64,000 nucleotides of DNA from NCBI GenBank assembly GCA_963842525.1, contig CAWJGT010000019.1, positions 384,001 through 448,000 on the forward strand, in the 5' to 3' direction. The position numbers were made by a program, and so were the translations under genes. The notes below the pieces were generated by a model. That model worked only from the letters and a program-made list of their open reading frames with translations, did not search any database and was not told where the DNA came from. Of the stretch, positions 58,215 through 64,000 are shown piece after piece; the stretch's first letter is position 1; each line of letters starts with the position of its first letter. The stretch is from an uncultured Holophagales bacterium. GTDB lineage: Bacteria; Acidobacteriota; Thermoanaerobaculia; Multivoradales; UBA5704.

Positions 58215-58538
58215 TCACTCGGCCTTTGTCATCTCGATGCTCGAGACCTTGATGGTGTCGCCTTCGACCTCGCCGGAGACCGTGACCTCATGGCCGAGGT
58301 GCTCTTTGGCGACGTCCTGCTTGTCGAGGTTATAAAGCTTCTGGTCGGCGGCGTTGTAGAAGACCAGCTTGCCGCCGTTCTCGAGGCACTTGGTGGCGCA
58401 GCCCTTGTGCTCGGCCTTGGCGCCCTTGGCGCCGCAGTGGTCGTCGGTGATCCACCCGGTCCACTCGCCCGCCAGGGCCAGCGTAGGGGTGAGGAGGAGG
58501 GCACAGAGGGTCAGCAGTGCGAACGTCTTCGTCTTCAT
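58215..58538 (-). CDS. Small secreted Cys/His protein (DUF5818-like)
   Basis: Signal peptide; WTGWITDDHCG...HKGCATKC; VTVSGEVEGDTIKV. Confidence 0.7.
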   Translation of the reverse strand: MKTKTFALLTLCALLLTPTLALAGEWTGWITDDHCGAKGAKAEHKGCATKCLENGGKLVFYNAADQKLYNLDKQDVAKEHLGHEVTVSGEVEGDTIKVSSIEMTKAE

Positions 58539-58695
58539 GGATTTCGTCTCCTTGCAGATCAAGAGGCCCCCAGGAGGCCCCAGAGTAGCCTGACAGCGGC
58601 CAGCATCTTAGCATGGTACGGATGGGGAGGGGCGGGAGGATGGGTGGGAGATTGGGGCTTCCGCCGAATCTCCGGAAGGGGTAATCTCGGGGTAC

Positions 58696-59721
58696 GTGGA
58701 GTCAGACATCGTGGCGATCACAAAGATCAAGGTCTCCAATTTCAAGAGCTTCGATGAGTTGAAGCTCGATCTTCGGCCCTTGAATATCGTCATTGGCGCG
58801 AATGCAGCAGGCAAGTCGAACTTCCTGGAGATCTTCCGGTTTCTCCGGGACATAGCGGAGCATGGCATCGAGAACGCGGTTTCTCTCCAGGGCGGGATGG
58901 ACTACCTTGGCAACCTGCAGATCAGAGATCGCTCCACCCGTGTAGCCTTCGAAGCCCATGTTCCTTCTGGAGATGGCGATACCTCCTTGTCGGGAGAGGT
59001 CACAATCCTGCCTCGGTCCGGCTCTCCCGGCTTCCAGATCGTCACAAAAGAAACCTCCTCGGGCTTCCCCGACCTCCTTGAGATCCTGTCGGGTGACATC
59101 AGGATCTTCGACTTCGATCCTGGGCTGTCCAAGCGCGCCATACCGGTGAGTGGCAAGGCCGACCTCGAGCCCGACGGCAGCAATCTGGCGCTCATCTTGA
59201 GGAGGGTCCTTCAAGACGAGAAGGATCGCTTTATCTTCACGGAGCTCTTGAAGGATGCCTTGCCGTTTGTCGCAGACCTCAGGGTCGAACAGTTCACGGA
59301 CAGGTCTCTTCTGCTCGCGCTCAAGGAAAATTATTCGTGGGACAGCTATGTCCCGGCTGCGTTCCTCTCCGATGGCACGATTCATTTGGTCGCCCTGATC
59401 CTTGCCCTCTACTTCGAGCGAGGGGAGATCATTGTCATCGAGGAGCCCGAGCGGAACATCCATCCCCGCCTGATCTCGAAGGTGGTCGGGATGCTCAAAG
59501 ACACGTCCCGCCGGAAGCAGGTGATCGTAACCACTCACAACCCTGAGCTGGTCAAGCATGCTGATCTGGCGGATCTGCTCCTGGTCCAGCGGGACGAGCT
59601 GGGATTCTCGCGCATCTCCCGTCCGGCCGAGAACGAGGAGCTGAAGGTGTTCCTCGAGAACGATCTGGGCATCGAAGACCTCTACGTCCAGAACCTGCTC
59701 GGCTTGAGGCATGCCGTATAG
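58696..59721 (+). CDS. ABC-like AAA_21-type ATPase
   Basis: IGANAAGKSN, LSDGT, IEEPERNIHP, VTTHN. Confidence 0.85.
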   Translation: MESDIVAITKIKVSNFKSFDELKLDLRPLNIVIGANAAGKSNFLEIFRFLRDIAEHGIENAVSLQGGMDYLGNLQIRDRSTRVAFEAHVPSGDGDTSLSGEVTILPRSGSPGFQIVTKETSSGFPDLLEILSGDIRIFDFDPGLSKRAIPVSGKADLEPDGSNLALILRRVLQDEKDRFIFTELLKDALPFVADLRVEQFTDRSLLLALKENYSWDSYVPAAFLSDGTIHLVALILALYFERGEIIVIEEPERNIHPRLISKVVGMLKDTSRRKQVIVTTHNPELVKHADLADLLLVQRDELGFSRISRPAENEELKVFLENDLGIEDLYVQNLLGLRHAV

Positions 59722-60252
59722 GCGGCTGTTCCTCTTCGTGGAAGGTGATGACGACGAGCTTTTCTTCCGCTCGGTGATCCTGCCCCTGTGGGCGCGATCC
59801 TACGACGACGTCCAGTTTGTCCCCTTCAGTGGGCTGAAGCGTGAGAAGGTCCGGGCCTTCCTCCGTAGCGTCCGGGCGATGGAGGCCGACTATCTCTGGG
59901 TGCGGGATCTGGACCAGTATCCCTGCGTGACCGCCGCCAAGCAGGCCGTCCAGCAGATCTATTCCCAGATCGATCCGGCCAGGATCCAGGTCGTCAAGGT
60001 GGAGATCGAGAGCTGGTACTGCGCTGGAATCCGTGCCCATGACACCGAGCTCGGCGCGCTCGACATCGCAACCTGTCCTGACACCCAGACGGTTACCAAG
60101 GAGGCCTTCGAGCTCGCCGTCTCGCAACGGAGAGTCCCGAGGGTGCCCGCCCTCCGGGCGATCCTGGCGAGCTCGACCAGGAGGCTGCGGTCCGACGCAA
60201 CGACTCCTTCCGTTACTTCCTGGACAAGCATGCTCCGGCCGGTGGGACATAA
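59711..60252 (+). CDS. TOPRIM-like protein partnering the ATPase; frameshift near 60172
   Basis: LFVEGDDD, RDLD, EIESWY; corrected end DQEAAVRRNDSFRYFLDKH. Confidence 0.65.
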
Positions 60253-60261
60253 TCCCCCCCG

Positions 60262-61059
60262 ATGCCGACCTATCGACTCACGCTCGAATACGAGGGCACC
60301 CGGTACCACGGGTGGCAGGAGCAGAAGAATGCGCGCAGCGTGATGGGTGAGCTGCGGCGGGCGGTCGAGGAGGCGGGCGGAGTGGTGCGCGACCTCGGCG
60401 GCTCGGGGCGGACCGATGCGGGGGTGCACGCTCTCGCCCAGGTGGCCCACCTGCGGCTCGCCGGCAGGATCGAGACCGACGTCTTCCGTCGCGACGTCAA
60501 CGACCGGCTGCCGTCCGACATCCACGTCCTGTCTCTGGCGCCCGTGCCGAAGGAGTTCCACGCCCGGCATTCCGCCGTGTCCCGCTCCTACCTCTACCAG
60601 GTCTCCCGCCGCCGCGCGGCTCTGGCCAAGCGCTTCGTCTGGTGGGTCAAGCGCCCTCTGGACGACCGGCGGATGGGGGAGGCCGCGGCGATCCTGCCCG
60701 GCCGGCACGACTTCCGCCTGTTCTGCGAGAAGCCGTCCGAGCAGCCGAGCACCGTGGTGGTGGTCGAGAGTGTGGAGCTGGCGACCGCCGGCTCGTTGAT
60801 CCTAGTCCGCCTGGTCGCGTCGCACTTCCTCTGGAAGATGGTCCGCCGGGTCGTCGGCACCCTCGTCAAGGTGGGGACCGGCGAGCTGGACCGCCGCGGT
60901 TTCGAGGCGCTCCTCGCCGGCGAGGCCCCCCGCTCCGGCAAGGGTCTCCCGGCGGAATGGACAGCCCCGGCCGCCGGCCTGTTCCTCGAAAGGGTGCTCT
61001 ATCCCGGAGATCCGCCGCTGGGCGAGATCGCGCCGGCAATCCCCGTCGCCGCGGAGTGA
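60262..61059 (+). CDS. truA: tRNA pseudouridine(38-40) synthase
   Basis: YEGTRYHGWQ, GRTDAGVHA, FHARHSA, FLWKMVRR. Confidence 0.92.
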   Translation: MPTYRLTLEYEGTRYHGWQEQKNARSVMGELRRAVEEAGGVVRDLGGSGRTDAGVHALAQVAHLRLAGRIETDVFRRDVNDRLPSDIHVLSLAPVPKEFHARHSAVSRSYLYQVSRRRAALAKRFVWWVKRPLDDRRMGEAAAILPGRHDFRLFCEKPSEQPSTVVVVESVELATAGSLILVRLVASHFLWKMVRRVVGTLVKVGTGELDRRGFEALLAGEAPRSGKGLPAEWTAPAAGLFLERVLYPGDPPLGEIAPAIPVAAE

Positions 61060-61114
61060 TCCCGCGGTAAGATCCGGGGTCGAACGATCTGCTGGACTGG
61101 AAAGGAAGGACGCC

Positions 61115-62344
61115 GTGCGGAAGCCGACCATCCTGCTCACTCTCCTGGGTCTGCTCTGGGCATCCGGGGCGGCCGCCCAGCTCTGGCGTGGACCTGCGGC
61201 CCTGGAGGTTCGGGCCGACGGGCAACGCGGCAAGTCGATCGCCGGTGCGGAGGTGAAGCTCACCTACCTGGCGCTCGAGCCGCCGGACGGTCCGGCGCCG
61301 GTGAAGGTGGATTCGAAAGGACGGGCGGTGGTGGGCGGCCTGGCGGAAGGGCTCTGGCGGGTGGAGGTGAGCCAGGAGGGGTACATGACCTTCCAGGCCG
61401 AGGTGGAGGTGCGCCAGGACGGCAAGCCGGATGTGGTCTCGACGCTCCAGCTCAACGTACCGAATGCCGTCCACATGATGGACGTGCGCTTCGCCAAGGC
61501 GCGGTCCGCGCCGGCGGCCATGGCGCCAACGCCCGCTGCGTCTGCCCCGGCCCGCCCGGCACCCGCGGCCCCGGCTCCGTCCCGGCCGGTCGCTGAGGCG
61601 CCGTCCTCCCCGACGCCGACGCCCGTTGCACCCCCGGCGCAACCTGCGCCGGTCCGTCCGGAGCCCACCCCGGCTCCATCTCCGGCGGCCGAGCCCGTGC
61701 CGGCACGACCAGAGCCGACGTCGGCGCCTCCTTCAACCCCGGCACCGCAGTCGTCCGCACCGCGCGCCGAAGCTCCGCCCATCCCCCCGGCGCGGGCACC
61801 CGAGCCGGCTCCACCGGTCCCTGCTCCTGTCCCGAGAGTCGAGCCGCTGGTCCCGGCTCCGACTCCCGCTCCCACCCCTGAGCCTCCGGCGCCCACGGTG
61901 CGCCGCCGCTCGGCCCAGGACCGCACCTGCTTCGAGTGCAAGCCGGGCGAGTCGGCGCTGTCGGTGGAGGAGGTCGTGCCGGCCGGCGAGGCGGCCGGGG
62001 GCTGCGGCCAGGGGATCCAGGATCTTCTGAGAAATGCGGACGGAGCGGCCGGCCTGCCAGCGGGCTGCCGGATGCTGCGGATCGACCTCCCCGCCGGCTT
62101 GCGTTACACCGGCTACCGCTACGAGGTCCAGGAGGGCGAGCAGACGCTCGACTGCCTGGCCGGCAGGGAGTGCACGGCCGGAGCAGGCCGCTGGCCCATC
62201 GATCCGGTCCTGGCGCGTTCCGCCGCCGGGACCACCATCACCGCCGCCTTCGAAGCCCGGGGCTCCAGCCGCGAGCGCCGCGCCGTGCTGACCGTCTACT
62301 ACTCGACAGCCACCACGCGCCGGAGTCGCGGGACCGGCAACTGA
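61115..62344 (+). CDS. Secreted protein: carboxypeptidase-regulatory-like domain, Pro-rich linker, Cys-containing C-terminal domain
   Basis: Signal peptide; D.KGR....GL..G.WRVEVSQEGY; long Pro/Ala tract. Confidence 0.7.
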   Translation: MRKPTILLTLLGLLWASGAAAQLWRGPAALEVRADGQRGKSIAGAEVKLTYLALEPPDGPAPVKVDSKGRAVVGGLAEGLWRVEVSQEGYMTFQAEVEVRQDGKPDVVSTLQLNVPNAVHMMDVRFAKARSAPAAMAPTPAASAPARPAPAAPAPSRPVAEAPSSPTPTPVAPPAQPAPVRPEPTPAPSPAAEPVPARPEPTSAPPSTPAPQSSAPRAEAPPIPPARAPEPAPPVPAPVPRVEPLVPAPTPAPTPEPPAPTVRRRSAQDRTCFECKPGESALSVEEVVPAGEAAGGCGQGIQDLLRNADGAAGLPAGCRMLRIDLPAGLRYTGYRYEVQEGEQTLDCLAGRECTAGAGRWPIDPVLARSAAGTTITAAFEARGSSRERRAVLTVYYSTATTRRSRGTGN

Positions 62345-62400
62345 GCTGAGGCAGTCACGGCCGGTGCGATCCGTATCGCGCCGGCCCTCGTTCCTTGGGG

Positions 62401-62629
62401 AAGGGCAGCGACTGCCCAACGCTAACACCCCCTCCGTTGACGAAGGGCAGTTGCTGCCCAACGCCAACACCTTCTCCGTTAACAAAGGGCAGTGACTGCC
62501 CAACCTTAAGGGGTCTCCTCTTGACGAAGGGCAGTGACTGCCCGACCTTAATGGGTCGCCCCTTAACAAAGGGCAGCGACTGCCCATCGCTAACACCTCG
62601 CTCGTTAAGGAAGGGCGGTCACTGCCCTT
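62401..62629. repeat. Array of six palindromic AAGGGCAGnnnCTGCCC cores at an exact 42-bp period
   Basis: Cores at 62401, 62443, 62485, 62527, 62569, 62611; semi-conserved 25-bp linkers. Confidence 0.9.
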
Positions 62630-62672
62630 GGCCTCCTCGCCGCGTTTGGACTATCCTCGTCGCGCCATGGGG

Positions 62673-63341
62673 ATGGATCTGGTTTACACGGCGCACGTTC
62701 CGGACGGGGAGGGGCCTTTCCCGACCCTGATCGCGTTGCATGGGTGGGGTGCCAATGCCCACGACCTGCTCGGGCTGGCGCCCATGATCCATGATGGGAA
62801 GGCGCTGGTGCTTTGCCCCGAGGGGCCGGTCCGCGTGCCGCTCGGCGGCGGGGCGTACGGCTATGGGTGGTTCCCTCTGGTGCCAGGGCAGACGACCGAT
62901 CCGGAGGAGTTCAAGGCCAGTGCGGAGAGGCTGCGCGGCTTCCTCGACCAGGCGATGGAGCGTTATCCGATCGATCCGGAGCGCCTGGCCCTCGGCGGGT
63001 TCAGCCAGGGCGGTGTCATGGGCTATGCGCTGGCCCTGCAGCAGCCGGAGCGGTTCTCGGGGCTTGCCGCTCTGTCGTGCTGGCTCCCGGAGCCGCTCGC
63101 CGAGCATCTGCCGAAGGCGCCGGGGCATGAGGGGTTTCCGATCCTGATCCTCCATGGCACCAACGATCCGACGCTCCCGATCGAGCGCGCCCGCGAATCG
63201 CGGGAGCTGCTCCGTCCCTATGGCGTCTCGATCACCTACCGCGAATTCGACATGGGACACGAGATCCGCCCCGACGCCTTGCGGATCCTGTTGCGCTGGC
63301 TCGACGAACGGGCGTTCGCACCTTCGGCGCGCGCTGTCTGA
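62673..63341 (+). CDS. Phospholipase/carboxylesterase (alpha/beta hydrolase)
   Basis: LHGWGAN, GFSQGG, HGTNDP, MGHEI. Confidence 0.9.
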   Translation: MDLVYTAHVPDGEGPFPTLIALHGWGANAHDLLGLAPMIHDGKALVLCPEGPVRVPLGGGAYGYGWFPLVPGQTTDPEEFKASAERLRGFLDQAMERYPIDPERLALGGFSQGGVMGYALALQQPERFSGLAALSCWLPEPLAEHLPKAPGHEGFPILILHGTNDPTLPIERARESRELLRPYGVSITYREFDMGHEIRPDALRILLRWLDERAFAPSARAV

Positions 63342-63400
63342 CGAACCCCAGCATCGTCAGGCCGCGGCCAGGATCTTGACGATCGGAAGGATCTTGCCGG

Positions 63401-64000
63401 TCACGAGGAAGAAAGGGCCGTGACTTCTCCGAAGAGATCGAGATGCCGGGCGGCTTCCTTCGCTGCCTCGGCATCCTGGCTCAGCTCATCGATCCGCAGG
63501 AGCTCGCCGGGGGTATAGAGGCGCTCTCGGAGGGCCCACCGGCTGGCTTGGGAGAGAGGAGCGATGATCGTACGGCCGCTTTCCATCGTGACGACCCGGA
63601 TCTGCTCATCCGTGAGCTCTTTGGCGTCGAGCAGGTCGGGACTGTGAGTGGTGACGATCACCTGGCGGTCCCGAGCCGTGTTGAGGAGGACTTCGACGAC
63701 CAACTCGGCCGACGCAGGATGGACCGTGGCTTCGGGCTCTTCAATGAGGAGGATGGAGGGACGGCGAGGCTGGGGATGCGAAGCGTCCCTTCGGACATGT
63801 CGAAGCCTGAAAAAGAGGTAGGGCTCTGGTCGCCTGCGTCTTTGCGGAATCGAAGATCGACTGTTTGTTCCAGAGTCCTGGCGCTGACGGTCAGAGGCTC
63901 TCCTACGACATGGGCCAGCAGTCCATTGATCAGCTCGCCAGCGTCCGGTTGCCGTTGCTGCAGAGCCCTCAGGACCGAGGCGGCGTTCTTGCCGGTCGAA
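63401..64000 (-). pseudogene. AAA_21-type ATPase, 3' part, with an apparent deletion/frameshift after MSEGTLR
   Basis: GKNAASVL...MSEGTLR in one frame, SILLIEEPEATVHP...VTTHSPDLL in another; 5' end outside the window. Confidence 0.6.

Noticed and set aside
9580-60252. Mass pseudogenisation suggested by frameshifts at ~11095, 14315, 14838, 26033, 52785, 57390 and 60172
   Set aside because: Each is a single small indel in an otherwise intact, coupled gene, often in short homopolymers. Sequencing or assembly error is more likely; read mapping is needed to confirm. Programmed frameshifting is unsupported, as I saw no consistent slippery motif
62401-62629. CRISPR array
   Set aside because: The repeat is only ~17 bp and variable, the linkers are mutually similar, and there is no leader or cas gene

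Overview
This is a GC-rich bacterial chromosomal window. Acidobacterial-type VWA proteins and multiple PQQ-like propeller genes suggest Acidobacteriota, possibly Thermoanaerobaculia (inference). Housekeeping genes are rlmI-like, glpK, two pilT-family ATPases, truA, an M28 peptidase and an esterase. (1) A tightly coupled ~23-kb, 16-gene + strand cluster (9580-32469) matches no pathway I recognise. It encodes four PQQ-like beta-propellers, an adenylation enzyme/aldehyde dehydrogenase/Fe-ADH trio, a HemN-like radical SAM enzyme, a flavin halogenase-like enzyme, a GT4, a thioesterase, a TonB receptor, a Na+/solute symporter and an ABC exporter. (2) Two Cys-rich RiPP-like precursor genes share a leader motif; one is missing from the ORF track. 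(3) An ~8.4-kb island lies between two copies of a membrane-protein gene. It holds a decayed same-strand integron (intI tail, two attC sites, three cassettes), a Y1 transposase, a hierarchical 20/21-bp palindromic array, a helical hypothetical protein and a divergent ArgR paralog. (4) A 5'-truncated group IIC intron follows the island. (5) A signal-peptide-bearing Rhs/YD protein ends in a nuclease-like tip with a likely immunity gene. (6) The window also has two 42-bp-period arrays, palindromic elements read in frame inside genes, several TA modules and an ATPase+TOPRIM pair. Many single frameshifts in otherwise intact genes look like sequencing indels. All family calls come from motif recognition by eye, not database searches.
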